Position numbers and translations under genes: made by a program. Shown here in pieces: positions 9,876 through 19,383 of a stretch of DNA of 62,032 bases. A model generated the notes under the pieces. It made no database searches, was not told where the DNA came from, and was given only the letters and a program-made list of their open reading frames with translations. The first letter of the stretch is position 1, and every line of letters starts with the position of its first letter. Source of the DNA: an uncultured Acholeplasmataceae bacterium (GTDB taxonomy: Bacteria > Bacillota_I > Bacilli_A > Acholeplasmatales > Acholeplasmataceae); contig CAKMKF010000040.1 of the NCBI GenBank assembly GCA_927439925.1, positions 1 through 62,032 on the forward strand. The letters are read 5' to 3'.

Positions 9876-10928
9876 TTATGATTTTATTGCCCATCTAAGT
9901 TTTGCAGATCGAGCTCTGCTATTAGAACTTTGCTCATCCATCGAGGGTCTTATAGGACCATCTGAAACTTCTTTATAAATGCCTTCTCTAACATAATATT
10001 GAAATGATTTTTTAACAAGTCGATCTTCACCTGAATGGAAAGTTAGAATCGCTACCTTTCCATTAGGTTTTAAAACAGTAGGAAGTTTTTCTAAGAACTC
10101 ATATAAGACTTCATATTCATGATTAATATCGATTCTTATCGCTTGAAAGGTTCGTTGACAAGATTTCTTGATCTCTTCATCTCTTTTAGAGAATGGAATG
10201 AACTTTAAGGCTTCAGCAATGACTTTATAAAGGTCAGAAGTTAAAGATATATCTTTTCCTTGATGAAAGTGGTTAACGATTCCTGTGGCTATTTCAGAGG
10301 CGTAAGGCTCATCTGCATTTTCTATAAGCATACCTTCAATTTCATCTTTATGCAGTTCTTTTAAACGGTCTGCTGCACTTACACCAACTTTAGGATTCAT
10401 TCTTAAATCTAGGGGACCATCAGTCTTAAAGGAGAAACCACGCTCTGGATTATCGATTTGCATCGAAGATACTCCTAGATCTGCAATTACAAAATCAAAC
10501 TTTCCGGATACAGTTGCTATTAAATCAATTTCTTTAAAATTTAGGTGATTTACAGTTAAGATGTCTTCACCATATCCTAAGTTTTCTAATCTTTCTTTTG
10601 TTTTAGGAAGTTCTATTGGATCTTGATCAACGGCATATAAATGCCCTTGATGATTTAAACACCTTAAGATCTCTTGTGCATGGCCACCATAGCCTAATGT
10701 AGCATCTAACCCTATCTGACCTGGTTTAATATTTAAAAAATCAAGGATTTCAGAAACGCATATTGGTCTATGCATACCAGCAGGTGTCATTCCTTTATTG
10801 ATTATTTTTTGAATGGTTTCTGCGTATTTTTCTGGTTGTAGCTCTTTATATTTCGCTTCAAAAGACTTTGGATGAGTGCCTTTGTAACGTGTACGTCTTT
10901 GATGTTTCTTATCTGGATTATCCATCAT
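9876..10928 (-). CDS. rsmH: RsmH/MraW-family SAM-dependent methyltransferase (stand-alone paralogue with N-terminal extension)
   Basis: DATLGYGGH, DLGVSSMQID, PLDLRM, TFQAIRI, TFHSGEDRLVK, RARSAKLR. Confidence 0.85.
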   Translation of the reverse strand: MMDNPDKKHQRRTRYKGTHPKSFEAKYKELQPEKYAETIQKIINKGMTPAGMHRPICVSEILDFLNIKPGQIGLDATLGYGGHAQEILRCLNHQGHLYAVDQDPIELPKTKERLENLGYGEDILTVNHLNFKEIDLIATVSGKFDFVIADLGVSSMQIDNPERGFSFKTDGPLDLRMNPKVGVSAADRLKELHKDEIEGMLIENADEPYASEIATGIVNHFHQGKDISLTSDLYKVIAEALKFIPFSKRDEEIKKSCQRTFQAIRIDINHEYEVLYEFLEKLPTVLKPNGKVAILTFHSGEDRLVKKSFQYYVREGIYKEVSDGPIRPSMDEQSSNSRARSAKLRWAIKS

Positions 10929-11061
10929 CTATATTCCACCTTTAGTTATAATTTCATACATGACAAATCATACCAAAAATAGGCTTAAATTGCAAACTTT
11001 ATTAAGCATTCCAAAAGAAGTGTTAAAATGAGGTTGAAAACCATAAAAAGGAGCGTTTTTT

Positions 11062-12300
11062 ATGAACCATTTCAATGAAGCTTTACAAAAATCACTTGAT
11101 TTTTTAAACTCTAAAGATGCAGCGGATAGTTTAAGACGTGATGTCTACTGGCCAAAGTGGGATTCAACATGGTGGCATATCCTACTTTTATATGAACTTG
11201 GAATGATTGAAGAAGTTCCAAAAGATTTAATGGAGCTATTTGCAGAAGTTGTAAATGATAATGTCTTGCATTTCTTTCCATTTACAGAAGATGAGTTTCC
11301 TAAAGATACGGATCCTTATCGTCAAATTTTATGTTTTTGTGCAGCGGGATCTTTATATCAAATGCTATATAGTTATGGAATAGAAGTCGATAAAAAAATA
11401 CCTTGGCTAAGAGAGTGGTTTACCAAGTATCAACTTCCTGATGGTGGATATAATTGTAATGAAAATGCTTATACAAAAGAGGTTCAAAAAAGTTCGATTA
11501 CATCAACTCTACCTATGGTTGAATCTTTATTACTACTCAGTAAAAAAGAGATTACAACTGATGAGCTTAATGCCTTAGTTAAAGCATCAGATTATATTGT
11601 TTCACACAAATTATTTAGAAAATTAACAGATCAATCTATCATGGACCCAAATTTTATTGAAATTAGATTTCCAAGATTTTATGAATATGATTTCTTAAGA
11701 GGTTTTACATTCCTTTATCAATATAGAGAAAAATTTGGATATACTTTTCCTGATTCGATCACTGATGAAGTTGAAGAATTGTTAAATAAACATTTAATGG
11801 ATGGAATCATCACTTTAAAGGGAGTTCCACTATATGATAAGAGTTATAATCCTTTGCCAGATGGCAAATGGGAAAAAGGAGAAGCATCCTATTCAGATTT
11901 ACTTAAACTGGTGATGCAGACAAATCATCAATCTCTAGTCTTAACCAAAGCGTGGGAGAAGATGAAACCTAAATACTTAAAGGTCATTCAAGAGTATCAT
12001 AGAAGTACAGAAACCCCAGTATTACTTTCAAGAGGAGAAAAAGTAGAAGTCCTTAAAAAAGATTTAGAACAAGGTTGGTTCTTATTTAAGAATTCAAATC
12101 AAATAGAAGGTTGGGCTCCACTAAAAATCTTAAATGAATCAACGATTACTCAAAACTATGATTCAAAAGAACTTACTGTTTCAAAAAATGATATTTTAAA
12201 GGTTTATTATGAAGAAACCAATTGGTATTGGTGTAAAAATCAAGAGGGATTAACAGGTTTCGTTCCCAAAAAGAATTTTGAAAGTTATAAACTTCAATAA
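11062..12300 (+). CDS. Prenyltransferase/squalene-cyclase-like helical domain fused to two C-terminal SH3-like domains
   Basis: QW-like motif WFTKYQLPDGGYNC and FPRFYEYDFLRG; C-terminal tandem L.L..GE.V.V....GW......EGW.P and ELTV...DIL.V.....WYWC......GFVP. Confidence 0.65.
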   Translation: MNHFNEALQKSLDFLNSKDAADSLRRDVYWPKWDSTWWHILLLYELGMIEEVPKDLMELFAEVVNDNVLHFFPFTEDEFPKDTDPYRQILCFCAAGSLYQMLYSYGIEVDKKIPWLREWFTKYQLPDGGYNCNENAYTKEVQKSSITSTLPMVESLLLLSKKEITTDELNALVKASDYIVSHKLFRKLTDQSIMDPNFIEIRFPRFYEYDFLRGFTFLYQYREKFGYTFPDSITDEVEELLNKHLMDGIITLKGVPLYDKSYNPLPDGKWEKGEASYSDLLKLVMQTNHQSLVLTKAWEKMKPKYLKVIQEYHRSTETPVLLSRGEKVEVLKKDLEQGWFLFKNSNQIEGWAPLKILNESTITQNYDSKELTVSKNDILKVYYEETNWYWCKNQEGLTGFVPKKNFESYKLQ

Positions 12301-12309
12301 TTATTCTAT

Positions 12310-12344
12310 GAACTTGACGTGATTTTTCTCGTTAAGTTCTTTTT
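12310..12344 (+). terminator. Rho-independent terminator
   Basis: GAACTTGACG...CGTTAAGTTC followed by T5. Confidence 0.75.
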
Positions 12345-12466
12345 ATTCATTATTAAATGTAAATGTATAAAATAGATAATTTGGGAAGTGTGTTCACATT
12401 TCATTCAATATCACATGGTATATTCTAAACTGAGATTTATTATTTTTTCATATAGAAGGAATTGTT

Positions 12467-13393
12467 ATGAGCAAAAGAAAGATTGTTAACAATATCTTAA
12501 AAAGATCACTCATTGTTATCTTAAGTTTTTTATTCTTTAGTTCTCTTCTCACATCAGTAGAAAACATCAAAGTAAGAAATGAGATTCGTGATTTTAAAAA
12601 CAGGTCTATATTTGAGTCAGAAGTTGTGGTCACCTTGCAAGATGGAAAAGAAGAAATAAGAAGATATTATAGAGTTCCGAGAGAATTTGATTATGAGGTT
12701 CATGATACCAGAAGTGTATTTTATGATGGCAATATAATAGAAAGAGAGTACTTAGGTCAAAAAGGTGACGTATTCGTTACTCAGCAGTCACCTTTTCCTG
12801 CTATACCTTTTGTTCATCAAATCATGACCTTCTATTTTGGTGGTCATGCTGCTATCAATAACGGTAATAATCAATTCATAGAATCCACGGGATTTCCAAA
12901 ACCAGGGGAAAGCATCATTGATATCATTAGATACCAAGGTGATGAAAATCACGATTTCAGTGTAGGTGTAAACTTAAGCAATGAAAATTATTGGTTGGAT
13001 CCTGAGTTTAGATCTAACCAAGATGAAGATTATAAAGCCTATGGGGCTTATTACCGGAAAGAGTTCATTGGATTAAGAGTCAAAAATATAAATGAAACTG
13101 AAATTGATCAAGCAGTGTCTTATGCCGAAGAGCAGCTCAGTAAAAGAGCTTTATATAATTTTTTGTTTATTTTTGATATGGATAATAAGTTCTATTGCAC
13201 AGATTTAGTAAGTAGAGCATATCAAAGTTCTTTAATTGATATCAGAAATCAGAACACATTTTCAAGGTCTTTGAATGATGATCAATTTATTACAACCGTC
13301 AATGATTTAATATTATCTGAAGATACATATATTACCATATATGTTGAAGTCATTGATGGCATACCACATATCTATTACTTAGAGGATTATTAA
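12467..13393 (+). CDS. Permuted papain-like NlpC/P60 (YiiX/YebB-type) enzyme with N-terminal membrane anchor
   Basis: KGDVF...GGHAAI (His) precedes YNF...KFYCTDLV (Cys), i.e. permuted order; N-terminal TM helix. Confidence 0.8.
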   Translation: MSKRKIVNNILKRSLIVILSFLFFSSLLTSVENIKVRNEIRDFKNRSIFESEVVVTLQDGKEEIRRYYRVPREFDYEVHDTRSVFYDGNIIEREYLGQKGDVFVTQQSPFPAIPFVHQIMTFYFGGHAAINNGNNQFIESTGFPKPGESIIDIIRYQGDENHDFSVGVNLSNENYWLDPEFRSNQDEDYKAYGAYYRKEFIGLRVKNINETEIDQAVSYAEEQLSKRALYNFLFIFDMDNKFYCTDLVSRAYQSSLIDIRNQNTFSRSLNDDQFITTVNDLILSEDTYITIYVEVIDGIPHIYYLEDY

Positions 13394-13401
13394 AAAAACT
13401 G

Positions 13402-13456
13402 TTGACATAGGTTCCAAAGAGATGTAGAATAAAAGTACCCCCCCACATAGGGGGTA
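13402..13456 (+). promoter_or_regulatory. Sigma-A promoter and CsoR operator
   Basis: TTGACA (13402-13407)-17 nt-TAGAAT (13425-13430); C/G-tract pseudo-palindrome TACCCCCCCACATAGGGGGTA (13436-13456) typical of CsoR operators. Confidence 0.85.
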
Positions 13457-13478
13457 TAAAAACTTTGGAGGTATTCAT

Positions 13479-13742
13479 ATGAATCACGAGAATAAAGAAG
13501 CACTCAATTTACTAAAAACTGCAAAAGGTCAAATAGATGCAGTCATCAGAATGACAGAGGAAGAAAGATATTGTATCGATATATCAACTCAAATTCAGGC
13601 AATTCAATCACTTCTCAAAAAAGCGAATTTAAGTATATTAAAGACACATTTAAACACCTGCATTATGGAATCATTCAACGACGGTTCATCAGTCGAAAAA
13701 ATTGATGAAATTATGAAGTTACTAGATAAATACATTAAGTAG
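13479..13742 (+). CDS. csoR: CsoR-family copper-sensing repressor
   Basis: KGQIDAV.RM.EEERYCIDI..Q...HLNTC with Cys/His/Cys ligands; operator upstream. Confidence 0.9.
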   Translation: MNHENKEALNLLKTAKGQIDAVIRMTEEERYCIDISTQIQAIQSLLKKANLSILKTHLNTCIMESFNDGSSVEKIDEIMKLLDKYIK

Positions 13743-13759
13743 GAAGAAGGTTTATTATT

Positions 13760-15829
13760 ATGAAAGAAGAACATCAACATAATCACGATCATCATCATGA
13801 GGAGCATATGAATCATGATGCAAAGAAAGAACAAACAGTAAAACAGCATCATCAAGAAAATCATAAGAAAGACCATCAAGGTGGTCATTCTGGGCATCAT
13901 GAAATGATGATTGTCGATTTTAGAAAGAGACTCATTGTTACATCTATTTTAACCATTCCAATTCTTTTATTATCACCAATGATTCAAATGTGGTTCAATT
14001 TCACTTTGGATATATCATTTGGAATATATATATTATTTTTGTTATCAACTATCGTTTTCCTTTATGGTGGTTATCCATTTCTAAAAGGTGCACTAGATGA
14101 AATAAAAGCGAAAAATATAGGAATGATGACGTTAATCGCGATGGCGATTAGTGTAGCCTATATATTTAGTTCACTCACAGTATTTGGTTTAGAAGGTAAT
14201 GACTTTTTCTGGGAATTAGCAACATTAATACTTATCATGCTACTCGGGCACATTATCGAAATGAGATCGATTATCAATGCATCAAGCGCACTTTCTGCAT
14301 TGATCAAGTTAATGCCTCATGAAGCGCATTTAATCGATGGAAATGATGTTAGAGATATCCATTTATCTGAATTAAAGAGTAATGACTTGGTGCTTATTAA
14401 ACCAGGTGAAAAAATACCTGCAGATGGAATCATTAAAAAAGGTGAAGGTCATGTTAATGAATCGATGCTTACTGGAGAATCTAAACCCTTAAGAAAAAAA
14501 GTAGGTCAAGAATTAATCGCTGGGTCAATTAATGGTGATAGTTCATTTGAACTACAAGTTAAACATATTGGAGATGACACGTATTTATCTAAGATCATTA
14601 AATTAGTAGATGATGCACAACATGCAAAATCTAAGTCTCAAAATCTTGCTGAAAAAACAGCTAAAGTATTAACTTATGTCGCTTTAACAGTAGGATTCGT
14701 TACTTTTGCAGTTTGGTCATTGATAACAGGTGATTATACATTTGCATTGGCGCGTATGGCTACTGTTATGGTTATTGCTTGTCCACATGCACTAGGTTTA
14801 GCCACTCCATTAGTTGTTGCACATTCCACAGCATTATCCGCTCAAAATGGATTATTAATTAAAAAGAGAACTCCATTTGAACAATCTGGAAAAATCACGA
14901 CTGTCGTATTTGATAAAACAGGTACACTTACCTATGGTAATTTTGGTGTCAATTTTGTTAAAGTGATAGATGACACATACACAAAAGATGATGCAATCCT
15001 CTATGCAGCATCCGTCGAACAAAACTCAGAGCACCCTATTGCTAGAGGAATTGTTGAAGAAGCGGAAAAGTTAAAGAAAAAACTATATAAAGTTGATGAT
15101 TTTAAAGCGATTAAAGGTAAAGGTGTAGAAGGAATCGTTAATAAAAAGAGAATTGAAATTGTGAGTGGAAAAGAAATAGAAAACCGCGAACTTCAATTAC
15201 CAAAAGATTTACCAAGTCATGAAATATCTACTAACGTCTTTATGATCATCGATGACAAGTTAACAGCAGTTATCGGATTAAGTGATCAGATTCGTGAAAC
15301 ATCATTTGAAGCCATTAAGGCTTTAAAATCGATGGGTATTGAAACGTGGATGATTACAGGCGATAACGAAAAAACAGCTAAAGAAGTTGCACAAACTCTA
15401 GAATTAGATGGATATTTTTCTGAAGTATTACCACATGAAAAACAAGAAAAAATTAAAGAACTTCAAGAAAAAGGATATTATGTGGCGATGACTGGTGATG
15501 GAGTTAACGATGCACCAGCTCTTGCAGAGGCTAATGTTGGTATCGCGATTGGATCTGGCACTGATGTAGCTGCTGAAACAGCAGATATCGTATTGGTGAA
15601 CAGTAACCCGATGGATGTTGTAAAACTCATTCATTTAGGGAAAGCTACACATAGAAAAATGATTGAGAATTTAATATGGGCTACTGGATATAATGTAGTT
15701 GCTATTCCATTAGCTGCTGGTGTATTAGCTTCAATAAACATTATCATATCACCTGCAATTGGTGCAGTATTTATGTCACTATCCACAGTGATTGTTGCGA
15801 TTAATGCAAAATTACTCAAAATAAAATAA
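13760..15829 (+). CDS. copB: Copper-exporting P1B-type ATPase (CopB type)
   Basis: His-rich N-terminus, TGES, CPHALGLA, DKTGT, SEHP, GDGVNDAP, YN and MSLST motifs. Confidence 0.93.
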   Translation: MKEEHQHNHDHHHEEHMNHDAKKEQTVKQHHQENHKKDHQGGHSGHHEMMIVDFRKRLIVTSILTIPILLLSPMIQMWFNFTLDISFGIYILFLLSTIVFLYGGYPFLKGALDEIKAKNIGMMTLIAMAISVAYIFSSLTVFGLEGNDFFWELATLILIMLLGHIIEMRSIINASSALSALIKLMPHEAHLIDGNDVRDIHLSELKSNDLVLIKPGEKIPADGIIKKGEGHVNESMLTGESKPLRKKVGQELIAGSINGDSSFELQVKHIGDDTYLSKIIKLVDDAQHAKSKSQNLAEKTAKVLTYVALTVGFVTFAVWSLITGDYTFALARMATVMVIACPHALGLATPLVVAHSTALSAQNGLLIKKRTPFEQSGKITTVVFDKTGTLTYGNFGVNFVKVIDDTYTKDDAILYAASVEQNSEHPIARGIVEEAEKLKKKLYKVDDFKAIKGKGVEGIVNKKRIEIVSGKEIENRELQLPKDLPSHEISTNVFMIIDDKLTAVIGLSDQIRETSFEAIKALKSMGIETWMITGDNEKTAKEVAQTLELDGYFSEVLPHEKQEKIKELQEKGYYVAMTGDGVNDAPALAEANVGIAIGSGTDVAAETADIVLVNSNPMDVVKLIHLGKATHRKMIENLIWATGYNVVAIPLAAGVLASINIIISPAIGAVFMSLSTVIVAINAKLLKIK

Positions 15830-15846
15830 TAGAAAGAGGTAAAAAA

Positions 15847-16080
15847 ATGAAAAGTTATCAATTGATTGTAAGAATACCAGAAATACATTGTGTAGGGTGT
15901 TTAAATAGAATAAAAAATGCATTGATTGGTCAAGGTGCTAATCATGTTGATATTGATTTATCTACACATATAGGTAAAGTCAATTTTGAAGGAGAAGAAG
16001 CGGATTCGCAAGGTTATTTGGATGCTATAGACGATAGTGGTTATGCAGTTGAATTATTAACTGTAATGGCTTTAGATTAA
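15847..16080 (+). CDS. Heavy-metal-associated domain protein (CopZ-like chaperone)
   Basis: IHCVGC CxxC motif, 77 aa, directly after the ATPase. Confidence 0.8.
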   Translation: MKSYQLIVRIPEIHCVGCLNRIKNALIGQGANHVDIDLSTHIGKVNFEGEEADSQGYLDAIDDSGYAVELLTVMALD

Positions 16081-16090
16081 AAAAAATATT

Positions 16091-16127
16091 TTTGATTCAT
16101 GTTTGATTCACATTTGTTTACTATAAT
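16091..16127 (+). promoter_or_regulatory. Tandem direct repeat (candidate OmpR-family box) and -10 element
   Basis: TTTGATTCA at 16091-16099 and 16102-16110 (11-bp period) over the -35 region; TATAAT at 16122-16127. Confidence 0.6.
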
Positions 16128-16145
16128 ACAAGTGGGTGATAAAAA

Positions 16146-16466
16146 ATGAAAAGAAAAACATGGATTACAGGTATTACAATCATGGTATCAGTCATGATAT
16201 TATTAGCTATTTTAGGAATGGTTGGATATTACTACTTCGATTGGAATTGGTATCCAGCTTACGGACACATGGGATTTATGATGCCTTTCGGCTTCATATT
16301 CATGGTATTGTTTTGGATTGGTGTAGCAGCAGTGTTTATTCATTTCTTTGAAATTAGAGATACTTCAAAGAAGGATCATGCTAAAGAAATTCTTGACCAA
16401 AGATTAAGCAAGGGTGAAATTAGTATTGAAGAGTATGAAAAAATATCTAAAATCATAAAGGAGTGA
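16146..16466 (+). CDS. SHOCT-domain membrane protein
   Basis: Two TM helices, GHMGFMM loop, C-terminal AKEILDQRLSKGEISIEEYE. Confidence 0.85.
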   Translation: MKRKTWITGITIMVSVMILLAILGMVGYYYFDWNWYPAYGHMGFMMPFGFIFMVLFWIGVAAVFIHFFEIRDTSKKDHAKEILDQRLSKGEISIEEYEKISKIIKE

Positions 16467-16471
16467 AAAAA

Positions 16472-16816
16472 ATGAAAAAATTAATTTTAGTTATAGTAAT
16501 TGCTTTAGCAGTTCTAGGATTTGGCACAAGACTTGTTTATGCATTACCTAATGATGCACCATATGATCAAAGATATATGATGAATTCAGATTATGGATGT
16601 CATGGTGGAAGTTATGAAAGACAATATGAATGGTATTATCTACATTTAAGTGAAGAAAATCAAGATTTACTTGATTTAATGTTTGCAGAAGAACTTGCAA
16701 CAAATAATCTAGACGATTTAACGACTCTTGAACAAAAAGAGTTAATCAATGATATTAAAGAAAGATTGATTGAATACATCGTTGATGAAGATTTAATCGA
16801 ATATGGTAGACCATGA
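16472..16816 (+). CDS. Hypothetical exported protein
   Basis: Signal-like N-terminus, MM...GCHG motif; ATG 16472 after AAGGAG. Confidence 0.7.
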   Translation: MKKLILVIVIALAVLGFGTRLVYALPNDAPYDQRYMMNSDYGCHGGSYERQYEWYYLHLSEENQDLLDLMFAEELATNNLDDLTTLEQKELINDIKERLIEYIVDEDLIEYGRP

Positions 16817-17364
16817 GAAAACTGATATTATCAATAGTGTTAATCATCGCAGTTATTTCAGCCATTACACTATTGGTTACGAACAATAGCAATAAAACCT
16901 TTTTAGAAAAAGAAGGTCTTGAGGGTCTAACGACAGTTCAAATGGTCGAAAAACTTGAAGCGAAAACAATCGATCCAAATAATTATAATGCTAGTATTAC
17001 TGCCACTCAATTAAGTATTTATACGAGTGTGAAGACATATACTTTCGATGTTCCAGATGATCTATTCTATCTATCGATTGCTCCATATATCAATCAAACA
17101 CATCCTTGTGGAACACATAGCTTAGTTACATGTCGTGGTGAACTCAAAAACACTACATTCTATGTACTGATTAAAGATGACTTAGACAATATCATAGTTG
17201 ATCAAGTAGTTACAAGTGAAAACAATGGATTTGCCGGTCTCTGGTTACCTAGAAATATGACAGGAACTATTTATGTAGAATATAATAATTTCTCTGCTAC
17301 ATCAGAAATTGAGACATTTAATGATTCAAATACATGTTTGACTACACTTAAATTAACAACATAA
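16813..17364 (+). CDS. cueP: CueP-family copper-binding protein
   Basis: FYLSIAPYINQTHPC..HSL..C.GEL, NGF..LWLPR, C-terminal TCLTTL. Confidence 0.85.
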   Translation: MRKLILSIVLIIAVISAITLLVTNNSNKTFLEKEGLEGLTTVQMVEKLEAKTIDPNNYNASITATQLSIYTSVKTYTFDVPDDLFYLSIAPYINQTHPCGTHSLVTCRGELKNTTFYVLIKDDLDNIIVDQVVTSENNGFAGLWLPRNMTGTIYVEYNNFSATSEIETFNDSNTCLTTLKLTT

Positions 17365-17380
17365 CAAATAATAAACGTTA

Positions 17381-17411
17381 AAGAGCATTATCATTATCGA
17401 TAGTGCTTTTT
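17381..17411 (+). terminator. Rho-independent terminator
   Basis: AAGAGCATTATC-ATTATC-GATAGTGCTTTT(T). Confidence 0.65.
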
Positions 17412-17446
17412 ACATATAGAAGTATAATAGACATGAAAGAAGTGAA

Positions 17447-18133
17447 ATGATGCGTATATTAATAATCGAAGATTACAAAAAAATAAATGATTTAATCGCG
17501 TTATATTCTAGACAAGATAAACATGATGTTATTCAAGCATTTTCTGCTGAAGAAGCTTTAGAGAAGATAAAGATATCTTCTTTTGATGTTATCATTACTG
17601 ACTTGATGTTGCCTAAGCTTCAGGGAGAAGATTTGATCAAACAAGTCAGAGCTTTAAGTGATGTTTATATCATCGTGCTATCTGCGAAAACAGAAATAAA
17701 ACATAAGATTGATGTGATATCACTAGGTGCTGATGACTACTTAACAAAGCCGTTTTCTGTTGAAGAATTAATGGCGAAATTAAAAAATCTAGAAAAAAGA
17801 ATTACATCATTATCGCCTACCATTTATTCATTTAATCAAGGCGATTTAAAGATTCATCCAATGGGGAGAAAGGTCTTTCTTAAGGATGTAGAAATAGAGT
17901 TCACACATAATGAATTTGAACTTCTACTTTATTTATCAAGTCACCTGAATAAAGTGTTTTCTAGAGACGAGATATTTAATCTACTCTTTAGCGAGAGTGA
18001 CGCTTATGACCGTGTTATTGATGCATATGTAAAAAACATTCGAAAGAAACTTGATGATCAGGCAAAAAGTCCTAAATATATAAAAACATTTTATGGTGCT
18101 GGATATCAATTTATAGGTGTATCAGATGACTAA
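17447..18133 (+). CDS. OmpR-family response regulator
   Basis: IIED, DLMLP, GADDYLTKPF, C-terminal winged helix (RKKL...IKT.YG.GY). Confidence 0.93.
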   Translation: MMRILIIEDYKKINDLIALYSRQDKHDVIQAFSAEEALEKIKISSFDVIITDLMLPKLQGEDLIKQVRALSDVYIIVLSAKTEIKHKIDVISLGADDYLTKPFSVEELMAKLKNLEKRITSLSPTIYSFNQGDLKIHPMGRKVFLKDVEIEFTHNEFELLLYLSSHLNKVFSRDEIFNLLFSESDAYDRVIDAYVKNIRKKLDDQAKSPKYIKTFYGAGYQFIGVSDD

Positions 18134-19361
18134 CTTTAATCAATTTTTTAAACAAAAAATGAATAGATTTATTACTATTTTTTTCGCCTCACTTTTATTG
18201 ATTGCTAATATAGGTCTGTTTGTTTCCTCATATGTTCAATACAATAGAGAAATTGAAAGACAAACTTCGTCATTTGTTGAAATGATGGAGCATTTGATTA
18301 CTATTGAAGATATTGAAACTGCACTTATATATTTAGAGCATTATGACCATACACATGGTGTTAACTTAATTTATTATGATCGATTAGGGAATATATTGTA
18401 TCAAAGTGATAGCATATCATCAAATCCAAATATCTTTGACATATATGATACCAATGAAGTACTTATAGGATCTATTAGCGTAGACTACCAAAGTAGTGTT
18501 CTTGGTAGAGAACTCACCTATGGATTAATTGCTTTTAACTTATTTTCGTTTATTTTATTTATTGGTGGTCTCGTCATCATGAACAGGTATTTAAATCATC
18601 AATATCAGACAGTCAAAGAAGACATGAATCGAATTGGTGAAGAGAATCAGGAATTTTTATTTGAAGATATTGGTTCAATTAACAATCGGTATATCAAAGC
18701 TTTGTCAGCAGAAAAAGAAGTTAAGAACTTACAAGAACATTATGTTAAGGTGCTAGCGCATGATGTCAAAACACCTCTGACTGTAATGAAAGCATATTTA
18801 GAAGGAATATCTAACAATCGTATCGAATTTAATGAAGAAATAAACCAGGATTTATTAAATGAAATCAAGAATATCGAAAAGATTATTCCACAACTGATGA
18901 TATCTAATATAGAAGATATCGCAAAAACTCAAAATATAGCAGTTCCGATTAGAAAACATGTCGAAAAACTTAAAGAAACCTTTAAAAGTAAAGATATAAT
19001 CATAAAAGACAACATTGAAGATTTAGAAGTATTGATTTCGACAGCAGATGTATTAAGACTTGTAGAGCATTTAATGCTTAATGCGTTTTATTATAGTGAA
19101 AAAAAGACAATGGTTCAAATTGATTTATTGAAAAAAGAAAAAAAGCTGATCATCAAAGATCAAGGAATAGGTATGACAAAAGAAACTATCGATTTGATTT
19201 CTCAAGGAGCTTATCGTTCAAAAGATGCGATTGCTTATCACCAAACAGGTAGTGGTGTGGGATTACAAATCGTTAGAGAAATTGTTAAAGATATTGATGG
19301 AAGTCTTTCCATAGAAAGTGTATATGGTTTAGGAACAACGATTACGATTGAATTCCCATAA
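18126..19361 (+). CDS. Sensor histidine kinase
   Basis: Two TM segments, H-box AHDVKTPLT, NAFYYS, DQGIG, GSGVGL; ATG 18126 overlaps the RR end. Confidence 0.9.
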   Translation: MTNFNQFFKQKMNRFITIFFASLLLIANIGLFVSSYVQYNREIERQTSSFVEMMEHLITIEDIETALIYLEHYDHTHGVNLIYYDRLGNILYQSDSISSNPNIFDIYDTNEVLIGSISVDYQSSVLGRELTYGLIAFNLFSFILFIGGLVIMNRYLNHQYQTVKEDMNRIGEENQEFLFEDIGSINNRYIKALSAEKEVKNLQEHYVKVLAHDVKTPLTVMKAYLEGISNNRIEFNEEINQDLLNEIKNIEKIIPQLMISNIEDIAKTQNIAVPIRKHVEKLKETFKSKDIIIKDNIEDLEVLISTADVLRLVEHLMLNAFYYSEKKTMVQIDLLKKEKKLIIKDQGIGMTKETIDLISQGAYRSKDAIAYHQTGSGVGLQIVREIVKDIDGSLSIESVYGLGTTITIEFP

Positions 19362-19383
19362 AAAAAGACGCTTTTGGCGTCTT
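19360..19383. terminator. Terminator between convergent HK and GH16 genes
   Basis: A-tract + AAGACGC-TTTTG-GCGTCTT. Confidence 0.7.

Noticed and set aside
13604-13900. Met/Leu-rich 98-aa minus-strand ORF resembling a membrane peptide
   Set aside because: It is the antisense reading of the His-rich (CAT) N-terminus of CopB.
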